A stretch of 63,536 nucleotides of DNA, the filler included, from an uncultured Methanosarcinales archaeon (GTDB lineage Archaea > Nanobdellota > Nanobdellia > Woesearchaeales > CAXGTL01), in assembly GCA_964535955.1 (NCBI GenBank). It is 6 parts of 6 records of this genome, joined end to end, with 100 filler letters (N's around TTAATTAATTAA, not from the genome) between each part and the next. Parts side by side here need not be neighbours in the genome. Positions count along the whole stretch, not along the records: positions 1 to 23,194 come from CAZHVK010000018.1; 5 more parts are not named here. One strand, given 5' to 3'. A program made the translations under genes and the position numbers. Under the pieces are notes generated by a model. That model did no database searches. It had not been told where the DNA came from and saw nothing but the letters and a program-made list of their open reading frames with translations. Below, one piece after another: positions 1 through 10,262 of this stretch. The stretch's first letter is position 1. The number at the start of each line of letters is the position of its first letter.

Positions 1-3000
1 CCGCATTGATTATCATCAGTACATGTTCTTGTTTGTAAACCATCAATACAATCATTCCATGAACCACATTCCCAATCTTCAACACAACATTCTTGTTCTT
101 CTTCAGGTTTATTTTCTATTGTGCCACATTTATTAAAGTCAAAACATGCTCTTGTTTGTGAACTATTTTCACATTCAGTCCAATCACCGCAGAGCCAGTC
201 TTCTATACAACCTTCAACAGTTATTAACATTGATTCAGTATCTTCTCCACCTTTTGAATCAGTTACTGTGAATGTGGCATTATGTATACCATAATCCTGA
301 TTATTAGGACTCCATTTATATGTTTGTGATATTGTTGAATAATCTGCTGGTGACCCAGAACCAGTACCACTTACAAAAGGAATTAATTTATCAAAATCAG
401 ATGCAATATCCATAGAATCTTTATCATAATCTTTTGCACTAATAATTACTGTTAATTCTTCACCTACTTCAACACTTTTATCTTCAATAGGATCAAAGAT
501 AGGATCTTGGTTAACATCCCTTACTTCTATCACAAAACTCTCTGTTACTTGCGAATCACCATCATCTAACATAAATTCAATTGTATAATTTCCTGCATCA
601 TCATAACCAGGTGTCCATTCAAAGATGCACATTGCTTGTGTCTTACCTGTTTCTTTAGTTTCATTAATACTATATTCACAATCATGAAGAATAGCTCCTT
701 GTGGTCCATTAACCAAACTCATCTCAAAGTCAGTTTCATCATCATCATCAAATGCAAAAAATGGCATCCATATTGGTTGATTTTCTTCCCACCAGAAATC
801 TTCAACATCATCCATTCTAGGTTCTCTGTTTATATTATTGATTGTTAATGCAAACTCCTCTATCACACTCACATAAGGATCACTAACAGTAACTGTTAGA
901 TTATATATACCAGCATTTTCATAATCTGTCTGCCATGTGATTTCACCATCACTATCTATGTCCATTCCAATAGGATCAGATTCTAGAGCATAAGTAAGAG
1001 TATCATCATCAGGATCTTCTGCATCAACTTTATATAAAAATAATTCATTTTCATCAACAGATAAACTATTGATTTTAAAATTATCATAATCTATATGCCC
1101 AACTCCATTGTGTCCTGTCCTTGTTGATACACCAAACTTAAATGGTGGTGAAATTTCATTTGAAGTATAACTAAATTTTTCATTATTAGGATTTATAAAA
1201 TTTACATTTACAGAATCATTTTGAAAAATTAATTTTACTTGATATGTTCCATAAATATTACCTACAGCACTTTCCCCATTCCAAAAACCAACATTTCCAC
1301 AAGTAGCATGACCATTACAAACGTTTCCTAACATAAGATCTAAAGGATTGTTATTAATAGTTAGTCTGCTTAAAATATTTCCATCACCTTCTAAATAATT
1401 AACTTCATATTCAATTATATCTCCACTTTCAAAATCGTGATCCATGCTTAATAGAATTACTTTATTTGATGGTGATAATTGAGCAGTATGATAAACATCT
1501 TTATTTAAATCAACATAATGTTCATCAACAAATGGCCAGTTTTCATGATCAGTTGTTTCATCCCAGAAATCAGTATCTAAATCATTATCAAAGTTTTCAG
1601 ATAGTCTAAATTTTGTATTGATAATTGGCTCTCTATTAACATCCCTTACTTCTATCACAAAACTCTCTGTTACTTGCGAATCATTATCACTTAACATAAA
1701 TTCAATAGTATGATTACCAGCAGAATCATAATCAGGAGTCCATTCAAATATGCACGATGCTTGTGTCTTATCTGTTTCTTTGCTCTCATTGATACTATAT
1801 TCACAATTACCAAAAACAGCATCTTCTGGTCCATTAACCATTGTCATTTCAAGATCTTGTTCAATATCATCATCAAATGCAAAAAATGGCATCCATATTG
1901 GTTGATTTTCTTCCCACCAGAAATCTTCAACATCATCCATTCTAGGTTCTCTGTTTATATTATTGATTGTTAATATAAATGATCTTCCATCACTAAAATT
2001 CCCATCACTTGCAGATACAATGATAATATATTCATCACTATCCTCATAACCAGTTTCCCACCTAAACAAACTTTCATCAACTTGATCCTGTACAAAATTC
2101 TCATTATCTACAGAATAAGTCAAAGTATCATTATCTGGATCATGAACCTCAATGATGTGTTCAGATTCAATACTTAAACCACCAGGACCGCCACCAATTG
2201 AACCACCCCCTTCTGCAGGAGGAACATCCAACACATTAAATTTTAATAAAACAACATCAGTCTCATCAACTGTGATGTCTTCAACAATTCCAACAATTGG
2301 TGCCCTGTTAGTTGTTATTGAATTAAATATAACTGAGGATGGTGCATGGGCAAGAGAACCTTCGTAAATAAAATCAATATCATCTTCTTCCTCACTAGAT
2401 GTAAAGTATAACATATTGCCTATGCTATCATAATAATACCCAAGATCATAGATAATTTCATCATCAGATTGAGATGTTTTTGTAGCAGAAGTTAACCTGT
2501 CCAAATCATCATATTCATAATCAATCTGTTCATCATGAATTTCATCATTAATAATCACAATATTATTTTTTGCATCCAAGTCATAGTTTAAATCCTGCAG
2601 ATCAGAAGTACTAATTCTATTTATCTTATAATTATCAGGATTATATTCATAATTAGATGTCAAAGCATTCTCATAAACCCTTGAAACCAATTGATTATCT
2701 TCATTATACTGTTGATCTGAAACAACATCACTTACAGTCTTAATATTTCCAACATTATCATATGTGTAATCAATAATTTCTCCATTAGGAAGTGTCTTTG
2801 ACAACACAGCATCAGCAGAGTCATAAGTATAAGTTGTAACAAAATCAATGCCATTGATAGTTTTCTTGTCTTCAACAATCCTCAACCTTTGATCATAAGT
2901 GAACTCTTTGACAATATCATTAGTCTCTATTTTTGATAAAGTACCTACAACACCTGCATCATATCTATAAGATTCTGATATAGACCCTACTGTTTTGGTT

Positions 3001-6000
3001 TTTAACCTATCTAGTTCATCATATGATAACTCTATTTGATTACCTTTATTATCTGCCTGCTTTACAAGATTACCTGATGCATCATATTCATAAGTCCAAA
3101 TACCAAGGTCTGGATCATCCATCATTGTTTTTCTACCTAAAGTATCATAATTATAATCAAACTCATTACCTTGACTATCATTGATCTTAATAAGATTACC
3201 AACAACATCATAAGTGTAATAAGTATCAAATATGTTTCCTTTGTTATATTCCCTAACATTGACAACATTTCCAAAAAGATCTTCAATATAATCAATCCTA
3301 TGGTCATTTTCATCAAAGAAAGAAGTTAATTGTCTAAAACGATCTATCTCAACATTTGTATTATCAGGATTAATAATCTTTTTAACCTTGCCAAGAGCAT
3401 CATATTCATAATTAGTTTTTTTGACCTGGGAATTAGGTGAAGAATAACTATTACTAGACATCAGATAAGGGTTTGATTCCCATTTCAGACCGCCAACAAG
3501 ATTATAATAAAAATCCTTAGTAATATGATCAGATCCTGAGGAATCAGATTTAATTTGCACAACATTTCCAGAACCATCATAATAATAATGTTGTTCTGAT
3601 ACCATATCATCATTTTGTTTTTGTTTTACAATTACTGATTCTGGTACATTTCCATCTAGATTATAGACTATTTCACTGGTAGGTTTTGATTCTGTATCGT
3701 AAGGTAAGATATCTTTTATTTTTCTGCCAAATTGGTCATATTTGTATTCTGTTTTATATCCATTAGGATCTGTTGCAGACAACACATTGCCTGTTGCAAG
3801 ATTATATTCAAAAACCATTTCCTGATCCTTAGCATTTGTTGTTTTTATTGGAAATGTATGTGTTGAGTCATACTCATATTCTGTTGTTTTTCTTCTTGCA
3901 TTTGTTTCTGAAACTCTATTCCCATATGCATCATATCCATAAGTCATGACAGGATTTTCTCCAGTATCTAACCAAGACTCAGACCTTATCAAGTCACCTA
4001 ATTCATTATACTCAAAATAAGATTCTGACACTTTTGTTGAATCATCTGAACTTCTTAAATATGTTTTTGTTGGTATATTAAGTATCCATTTATCAGTATC
4101 ATAAGTATATTCTGTATAAGAATATCTTTCATCATCATCTACAGAAATTTCACCCAACATAGAAGTCTTTTCCACATTACCATAATCATCATATTCATAA
4201 TCAGTTTGAGTTATTACTGGATTTTCTGCAACACCATCATAATTATAATTCTTTGTTGAATCTAGAGTAACTACATGATAACCATTAGTGGTTGTTGAAG
4301 ATGCTTCATTCTCATTTTTAAAATAAGGCCTGTTTTTATCGTCAAACATTTCTGTCTTATATTCCATACCTTTTTTAGAATCATCCTGGTGATAATAATG
4401 TTTTACTTTGCTATTATCGGGTCTTAATTCTTCAACATAACCAAAACCTCTAAATTCTTTATCACCAAAATCATAATAACCACCTGTATAAGTATAAAAA
4501 GTTTTAATTGATGGTGTTTTTGAACATACTTGATTACTGCTACCAGACACAACCATATCAGCTTTCCATACATGCATGCTAGCTGAAGTACCACTTTTAA
4601 AATCAACATAATCATTTAATGCAGGGCCTGTTGTTTGAGCTTTGCAAGCACCATTTTCATCATCAGGATTGCCAGGTTCATAACCATCTTCTACATCAGG
4701 TATCGCATAAAAACTATATCTCCAAGTATTTCCATAACATTCTGTTGTACATGTTGAATAACCAGAACATCCTTTTTCAGGAGGCATACAATAACCTATC
4801 CAAGTTCCACCAATATTGTCTGCAGATTCATAATCATTACCAGAGTCTTTATCATCAATCAAATAATGATTATTTTTTCTTAACAAACCATGTGCATCAC
4901 TTCCACAATCCCCACCCCAAGGTTGCTCACTTAGACCAGACATCTCCCAATATAAAACAATAACAGCATCTGTTTCAGAAGTGTCTTCATCATAAATTCT
5001 ACTTTCATCAACAATATTATCATCAGACGAAGTCTCAACCTTATAACATTTACCATCTTCAAATCCAGTTGAAAACAAAGGCATACCTATTGCATCCTGA
5101 GGAAGATCATAATTAGACCAAGGATTAGTACTTTCCATTACTTTAGTCCAATCACCGCAAGATCTTATTTCACAGATTCTTACACAAGCATCATCACCAG
5201 AACAATCTATTCCTTTATCATCATACCCATTAGGACAAGAAGCAGGAACACAGTCTATGTTAGAGTTCACATCATGATGATCTAACATATCAACCAATGA
5301 GATAGATTTAACAATCCATTGATTAAACCCTATCTTATTATTCTCTGTTTCACCAGAATTAAAATATTCTATCTTATGTTTTGCACCTGCAGAATTTTTT
5401 ACTTCATCTAATAAAAACTGCTTGTTTGCTTTATTCAGCCACACTAGTTTAGTTATTGAACCAGAATTACTTTTCATTCTTACAATGTCTGCAGAACCAT
5501 CGCCATTTATATCAACCATCCTTGTGCCTTCATTACTTCCATCATTCATTACAAACTCAGCAAACTCAGGAATGTCCCATGAAGAATCTGACACAAGATT
5601 ATTACCATGATTTATAAAAGCTGCTCTTGTTGTTTCTCTTCCTTGCAGTACATCTGCTAACCCATCACCATTAATGTCTGAAAACCTTATACCTTCATCA
5701 TCATTACCAGCATCCACATTATCTGGCAGGTTACTAATTGGCCAGCTACTTGTTTGCTCCCAACCATTACCAGTATTCAACCATAATTCTTTGCTATAAT
5801 CATCATCAGACCTATAAACATCTGTCAATCCATCACCATTCATGTCAATCAACCTGACACCTTCATCATCACCATCTGATTCAATAAAATAAATATTTGA
5901 AGGTAAGTTCCAATTACTTGCACTTGACCAGCCACCATTCTGATTATTGATCCATGCTTGTTTACTTTGTCCTTGTTTTGCTTTCAAAACATCAACATAA

Positions 6001-7439
6001 CCATCACCATTAAGATCAACCAACCTTACACCTTCATCAACATATTTATAATTATTACTATTGTCCTCTATAGTTACAAATTTAGTTACAAAATCATGAG
6101 ATGACAAACTCCAACCATTTCCAGTATTTGTCCAGATATCATAATCTTCATCATCAGCATCTTCATCATAAACTCCTTGTATAAGATCAGGATAACCATC
6201 ACCATTATAATCTCCTAACCTAACACCCATATCAAAAAATATATTGGTATCGTATCTATCTATAAATTTTGCAGGAGGTGCAAAAGTATCATCCCTATTA
6301 AAATCACCATTAAACAAATTTAAAAAAGCATATTTACCAGCCCAAACATGATGAAAATTTGCAACTATATCAACCATTCCATCTCGATTTATATCAATTA
6401 ATCTTGAACCACCGTCCAGATTATTATAAGAAAAATATGCAGGAGGTAATTTATTTTCAATATCTCTATCTCTTTCCCAGCCTTTTTCAAGGTTTGTGTA
6501 TGAAAATGTTGTAGAAGGTAATGATCCGCCATCTTTACCATATTCTGTTATTGACGAGATATATGTCCTAGTTGCAATATTATTATTAGTATAACCAATA
6601 CCATATTTTCTAATCATAGTATTATCATAATATATCCTTATCTCAGTTAATCTACTCTTTCTTGTTATTTTTTGTCCGCCTTGAAATATTGTCCAAGATC
6701 TAGGAAGAGCAACATAACCAAACTCTATTCTTCTTTTCTTATCATTATTATATTCAATCTTATGGATATAAGTTACACCTGTTTCACCAGAAGAAGGATC
6801 TTCCAAATAAGAATAATAAATATTATTATCATGAGTGTCTGTTACCTGATCAAGATACCATCTCCAAACATAATTGTGCTGGTTTGACATGAGTTCTGAA
6901 TCAGAATCATAACCAAACCTATATGTTGTTCCATCTTTTGTCTTAACTTCCCAATATTCATTTTTAGTATTGTCTCCTCCTGATAATTTTTTAATTGAAA
7001 GATAAGACTCAATTTTGGTATGATATCTTCCATCAGTTGAATCATAGACAAGTTCATGTGACGCACCACTTAATATAAGGTTAAACTTATGTTTAGAAGT
7101 GTCACCAGGAAAATCATTAGTATCTCTTTGTATATAAGATTGTGTTAATGCCCAACCACTACCTACTAATTCAGGGTATGACTTTGAGTTAAGACTACTA
7201 TAACTTAAACTTAAACCAGGTTGCAGACCATTTGTGCCGGGCATAACCTGAATAGGATAAGAATAAACAGCTGCACCAGTATTAATATTAGCAGACAATA
7301 ATCCTGATGAAGGCAATGATGCTGGAGAACTTGGTTTATTAATATAATCTCTATAAGGATCTGCTGATGTGAAACAACTCAAACTAATCAAGATTAATAT
7401 AAAGATTACAAGTGTTTTTGATTGGTTGTTTTGTTTCAT
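1..7439 (-). CDS. Giant secreted SpvB/FG-GAP/YD-repeat (TcB-RHS-like) shell protein, cassette B; runs off left edge (about 2479 codons visible)
   Basis: Missing from the ORF track because no stop lies in the window. ATG at 7439 overlaps the upstream TGA (ATGA). Reads MKQNNQSKTLVIFILILISLSCFTSADPY (signal peptide), then NTGAAVYSYPIQVMPGTNGLQPGLSLSY (SpvB-type N-terminus), DxNGDG FG-GAP repeats, YTGGYYDFGDKEFRGF, and YD repeats ending YDSIGNML...LAHAP near 2340. These are followed by cadherin/Ig-like and CxEDWxC repeats. Frame at base 1 agrees with the start. Paralog of 11430..18515. Confidence 0.9.
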   Translation of the reverse strand, partial: MKQNNQSKTLVIFILILISLSCFTSADPYRDYINKPSSPASLPSSGLLSANINTGAAVYSYPIQVMPGTNGLQPGLSLSYSSLNSKSYPELVGSGWALTQSYIQRDTNDFPGDTSKHKFNLILSGASHELVYDSTDGRYHTKIESYLSIKKLSGGDNTKNEYWEVKTKDGTTYRFGYDSDSELMSNQHNYVWRWYLDQVTDTHDNNIYYSYLEDPSSGETGVTYIHKIEYNNDKKRRIEFGYVALPRSWTIFQGGQKITRKSRLTEIRIYYDNTMIRKYGIGYTNNNIATRTYISSITEYGKDGGSLPSTTFSYTNLEKGWERDRDIENKLPPAYFSYNNLDGGSRLIDINRDGMVDIVANFHHVWAGKYAFLNLFNGDFNRDDTFAPPAKFIDRYDTNIFFDMGVRLGDYNGDGYPDLIQGVYDEDADDEDYDIWTNTGNGWSLSSHDFVTKFVTIEDNSNNYKYVDEGVRLVDLNGDGYVDVLKAKQGQSKQAWINNQNGGWSSASNWNLPSNIYFIESDGDDEGVRLIDMNGDGLTDVYRSDDDYSKELWLNTGNGWEQTSSWPISNLPDNVDAGNDDEGIRFSDINGDGLADVLQGRETTRAAFINHGNNLVSDSSWDIPEFAEFVMNDGSNEGTRMVDINGDGSADIVRMKSNSGSITKLVWLNKANKQFLLDEVKNSAGAKHKIEYFNSGETENNKIGFNQWIVKSISLVDMLDHHDVNSNIDCVPASCPNGYDDKGIDCSGDDACVRICEIRSCGDWTKVMESTNPWSNYDLPQDAIGMPLFSTGFEDGKCYKVETSSDDNIVDESRIYDEDTSETDAVIVLYWEMSGLSEQPWGGDCGSDAHGLLRKNNHYLIDDKDSGNDYESADNIGGTWIGYCMPPEKGCSGYSTCTTECYGNTWRYSFYAIPDVEDGYEPGNPDDENGACKAQTTGPALNDYVDFKSGTSASMHVWKADMVVSGSSNQVCSKTPSIKTFYTYTGGYYDFGDKEFRGFGYVEELRPDNSKVKHYYHQDDSKKGMEYKTEMFDDKNRPYFKNENEASSTTTNGYHVVTLDSTKNYNYDGVAENPVITQTDYEYDDYGNVEKTSMLGEISVDDDERYSYTEYTYDTDKWILNIPTKTYLRSSDDSTKVSESYFEYNELGDLIRSESWLDTGENPVMTYGYDAYGNRVSETNARRKTTEYEYDSTHTFPIKTTNAKDQEMVFEYNLATGNVLSATDPNGYKTEYKYDQFGRKIKDILPYDTESKPTSEIVYNLDGNVPESVIVKQKQNDDMVSEQHYYYDGSGNVVQIKSDSSGSDHITKDFYYNLVGGLKWESNPYLMSSNSYSSPNSQVKKTNYEYDALGKVKKIINPDNTNVEIDRFRQLTSFFDENDHRIDYIEDLFGNVVNVREYNKGNIFDTYYTYDVVGNLIKINDSQGNEFDYNYDTLGRKTMMDDPDLGIWTYEYDASGNLVKQADNKGNQIELSYDELDRLKTKTVGSISESYRYDAGVVGTLSKIETNDIVKEFTYDQRLRIVEDKKTINGIDFVTTYTYDSADAVLSKTLPNGEIIDYTYDNVGNIKTVSDVVSDQQYNEDNQLVSRVYENALTSNYEYNPDNYKINRISTSDLQDLNYDLDAKNNIVIINDEIHDEQIDYEYDDLDRLTSATKTSQSDDEIIYDLGYYYDSIGNMLYFTSSEEEDDIDFIYEGSLAHAPSSVIFNSITTNRAPIVGIVEDITVDETDVVLLKFNVLDVPPAEGGGSIGGGPGGLSIESEHIIEVHDPDNDTLTYSVDNENFVQDQVDESLFRWETGYEDSDEYIIIVSASDGNFSDGRSFILTINNINREPRMDDVEDFWWEENQPIWMPFFAFDDDIEQDLEMTMVNGPEDAVFGNCEYSINESKETDKTQASCIFEWTPDYDSAGNHTIEFMLSDNDSQVTESFVIEVRDVNREPIINTKFRLSENFDNDLDTDFWDETTDHENWPFVDEHYVDLNKDVYHTAQLSPSNKVILLSMDHDFESGDIIEYEVNYLEGDGNILSRLTINNNPLDLMLGNVCNGHATCGNVGFWNGESAVGNIYGTYQVKLIFQNDSVNVNFINPNNEKFSYTSNEISPPFKFGVSTRTGHNGVGHIDYDNFKINSLSVDENELFLYKVDAEDPDDDTLTYALESDPIGMDIDSDGEITWQTDYENAGIYNLTVTVSDPYVSVIEEFALTINNINREPRMDDVEDFWWEENQPIWMPFFAFDDDDETDFEMSLVNGPQGAILHDCEYSINETKETGKTQAMCIFEWTPGYDDAGNYTIEFMLDDGDSQVTESFVIEVRDVNQDPIFDPIEDKSVEVGEELTVIISAKDYDKDSMDIASDFDKLIPFVSGTGSGSPADYSTISQTYKWSPNNQDYGIHNATFTVTDSKGGEDTESMLITVEGCIEDWLCGDWTECENSSQTRACFDFNKCGTIENKPEEEQECCVEDWECGSWNDCIDGLQTRTCTDDNQC
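511..849. repeat. 339-bp intragenic direct repeat, copy 1 (duplicated Ig/cadherin-like domain)
   Basis: Aligns without gaps to 1636..1974 (offset 1125); 511-558 and 741-849 identical, middle diverged. Confidence 0.9.
1636..1974. repeat. 339-bp intragenic direct repeat, copy 2
   Basis: Partner of 511..849. Confidence 0.9.
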
Positions 7440-10162
7440 TTTTGCATTCTCCACTTATGTTGCAAATAACTAGATAATTTATCAGCTTCAAATTCCATTT
7501 CTTCTATCGTAGCTCTTCCTGGACCGTAAAATCTATTTGGATATGCTGAAGGACTTGCTTCTAGAACCGGCACTTCTTTGAGATCAGCAAGTATTGCTGC
7601 TCTGGTTCTATGATGCCCTTGTGAAATTAGCATTCTACCACTCTTTGTCGTTGCAACTTCAATTGGTTTTGACATATCATATCCTTTTTTTAACATAGAG
7701 TTTTTAATATTTTGAACCTTTTGGAGGCTATTAGATCGGCTTAGAGGATGCACAGGGTCTAAAGATTTTGGATTAACCATTTTCACATTTCCAACCCCAT
7801 AAACAGCAACACGACCTGTTGCTGCAGCATATCCCAATCCAGCCATTCCTGCTCCTAAACCAACTGCACCACCTACTTTCGCACCAGTCGCAGTAGCTTC
7901 AAACAAATTTTCCGTCACAGGAGCACCTGCCATCACATTATTAGTTGCTTGAGCAGCTGCATTTCCCATTGCAGACGTAGCAGCATATGTTGAAGTTGTT
8001 CCAGCGACATAACCCAATCCAGTTGCTCCAGTAAATAAAGGAGAAACTATACCAAATGTTGCAGCTCCTACTGCTCCTGCCGCACCTCCAGCTACAGCAC
8101 TTTTTCCCACAGCACCCCAGTCAACAGTTCCGTCAAATAATGATGCACCATTCCATAATTGTTTGCCAAGGTTCCATCCTCCACCAATAGCACCACCTAT
8201 TAGACCACCAAACGCTATATGCAACCAGTGTCCTGATGGGTCTGAATACTTCACAGGATTATTCCTTGCATAACTGTATCTATTTAACTGTTGAGGATCA
8301 TAAACATTAGGTAGTATTGTATCAGGCTGTGTAAAATGTTTAAGTACAGGAGAATAATACCTAGCACCATAATACATCAAACCAGTTTCACCATCACTCT
8401 CTTGACCAGTAAAAGTGTAACGTGATGATCCACCAGAAACAACTCCACCAAAAGGCTTATACTCTGTCTCTTCAACAAGTTCACCTTCAGCATTAGTAAC
8501 AATGTGTGTACTACCTAGATGATTAGGATGATAAAATGACATTTCACCTGAAGAGTTCTTTTCACCAACAAGATTAGAACCACTATAATAATAGACAGTC
8601 TCTTTTTCACCAGTAGAATCAACTTCTTTTACATAATCCCCTACATAATAAGTTATTTTTTCACCATTAGAAGTATATTCTTTTTTAGTTATTCTTGCAC
8701 CTGTTTCATCATAAGTATATTCAACAATCACAAGTCCGTTTTCAGAACCTTGCCTTACCTTGACCAATTGGTTAAGTTCGTCATATTCATAATAATTATT
8801 CATGTCTTGAACCAAGTTGCCATTTCCATCATATACAAGGTCAACTTTTCCAGAACAAGCCCCACAATCATCTCTACAACTGAGACAATTTTCAGAATCC
8901 TGACAAATACCATCACCACAACTTGCACAATCTGTAGGACAAGTTATAGAATTTTCATCACCATCACACCTATTATTACCACACCATATTTCATTTAAAC
9001 AATCAGCACTACAAGTACCAGCATTAACACAAGTATCTCTTGTAAAGATGTCTTGATCATCACAATCAGAATCAACATTACATTCTATAGGATGTTCTCC
9101 TGAACAAGAACCTTGTCCATCACATTCTCCACAAGTTCCGCACAATGTTCCAAGAATAGCATCAGTATAATCATTACAATCATCAACAGTAGTTGCACAT
9201 GAATTAACTGCTTTACAATACCTTACATCATTATAATCTCTACAATCCGTATCAAGAGGATCACAGTCAATAGTCTGACATGCTTCATCAATATCATCTA
9301 CAACAGGTGTTGAACCACCTTTACAAATAGCACATAGTCCAGCATCTACATCTGTGCATGCAGAATCATAATCAATTGCCACATTATTATTAGGACATTC
9401 AGGAGAATCACCAGTACATTGATCAACAACAGCACTTCCATCACATGTTGTTAAATCAGCTGTATCACAACTTACACTTTCAGGATCATTACACCATGTT
9501 CCTAAAGATTCATAAGCCTGACCAGAACTTCTACAACAAGGATCACCAGGATTACAAAGTCTAGGTGTTCCTGTATAACAAGCTTCAAAATAATGATAAT
9601 CATTACCATTGGAAGTAAGAATAGTATCACCTTCTTGATCATCATCAGAATCTTCTTTACCTTCTAATCTAAAATAAGCTTTTTGACCACTAAATCCAGA
9701 CTTTATTGCATTTAAATTAGTAAATAAGTCAACTTCTTTTGAACTGCTTCCATGTTTTGAAGAAGTTCCAATCTCTCCTTTCCCACTTGGCTTATTAGAC
9801 CAAGATAAAGTATCAGGATCAAAAGGATGTGATGCTTGAAGTATTATTTTTCCATCATCACCTGCTCCTTTTACAATCATATTATAATTTGCTCTTGTCC
9901 AAGTAACAGAATCAGTTTGAAAACCAAAATTATAGACAATGTATGTTAGTTTCCAAATTTCGTTATTGTCAACTCCTGTTCCAGGATTCCCACCACAGAA
10001 TTTCTCATTTGTATCCTTGATTTCACATCCTTCAAAATCATCTGTTGTCCCACGATTGAAGTAAGCAAACTTTACACAAGTGTCAGCAAATGCAACAGGC
10101 ATACCTATAACAATCAGAACAAGAAATAATGCAATTAGTATAATAAATCTTTTTTTATTAAT
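7436..10162 (-). CDS. Secreted RHS-core polymorphic toxin, cassette B: Cys-rich N-terminal region, short YD segment, RHS core, Gly-rich hydrophobic segment, ParB/Srx-like C-terminal domain
   Basis: YHPNHLGST, YTFTGQE, LMYYGARYYSP, NRYSYARNNPVKYSDPSG are RHS-associated core motifs. The tip PIEVATTKSGRMLISQGHHRTRAA is a ParB/Srx GxxR motif. The frame stays open upstream of ATG 10102 and gives a full signal peptide (INKKRFIILIALFLVLIVIGMPVAFA), so the start is placed at ATT 10162 (start is inference). Confidence 0.88.
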   Translation of the reverse strand: MNKKRFIILIALFLVLIVIGMPVAFADTCVKFAYFNRGTTDDFEGCEIKDTNEKFCGGNPGTGVDNNEIWKLTYIVYNFGFQTDSVTWTRANYNMIVKGAGDDGKIILQASHPFDPDTLSWSNKPSGKGEIGTSSKHGSSSKEVDLFTNLNAIKSGFSGQKAYFRLEGKEDSDDDQEGDTILTSNGNDYHYFEACYTGTPRLCNPGDPCCRSSGQAYESLGTWCNDPESVSCDTADLTTCDGSAVVDQCTGDSPECPNNNVAIDYDSACTDVDAGLCAICKGGSTPVVDDIDEACQTIDCDPLDTDCRDYNDVRYCKAVNSCATTVDDCNDYTDAILGTLCGTCGECDGQGSCSGEHPIECNVDSDCDDQDIFTRDTCVNAGTCSADCLNEIWCGNNRCDGDENSITCPTDCASCGDGICQDSENCLSCRDDCGACSGKVDLVYDGNGNLVQDMNNYYEYDELNQLVKVRQGSENGLVIVEYTYDETGARITKKEYTSNGEKITYYVGDYVKEVDSTGEKETVYYYSGSNLVGEKNSSGEMSFYHPNHLGSTHIVTNAEGELVEETEYKPFGGVVSGGSSRYTFTGQESDGETGLMYYGARYYSPVLKHFTQPDTILPNVYDPQQLNRYSYARNNPVKYSDPSGHWLHIAFGGLIGGAIGGGWNLGKQLWNGASLFDGTVDWGAVGKSAVAGGAAGAVGAATFGIVSPLFTGATGLGYVAGTTSTYAATSAMGNAAAQATNNVMAGAPVTENLFEATATGAKVGGAVGLGAGMAGLGYAAATGRVAVYGVGNVKMVNPKSLDPVHPLSRSNSLQKVQNIKNSMLKKGYDMSKPIEVATTKSGRMLISQGHHRTRAAILADLKEVPVLEASPSAYPNRFYGPGRATIEEMEFEADKLSSYLQHKWRMQK

Positions 10163-10262
10163 CTTTCCACCCCAAACATCTAAAACCCTACTTTAATGCA
10201 ATATTTCAAACTTAATAAACTTTACGATTCAAACCATTGAATAATCACAGACTTCGTGTAAT

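Noticed and set aside
511..1974. Possible diversity-generating retroelement TR/VR pair
   Set aside because: Mismatches are not adenine-specific in either copy on either strand, both copies are in-frame parts of one gene, and no reverse transcriptase is present.
7436..7790. ParB as a chromosome or plasmid partition gene
   Set aside because: It is the tip of a secreted RHS protein, has no HTH or dimerisation region, and has no parA neighbour.
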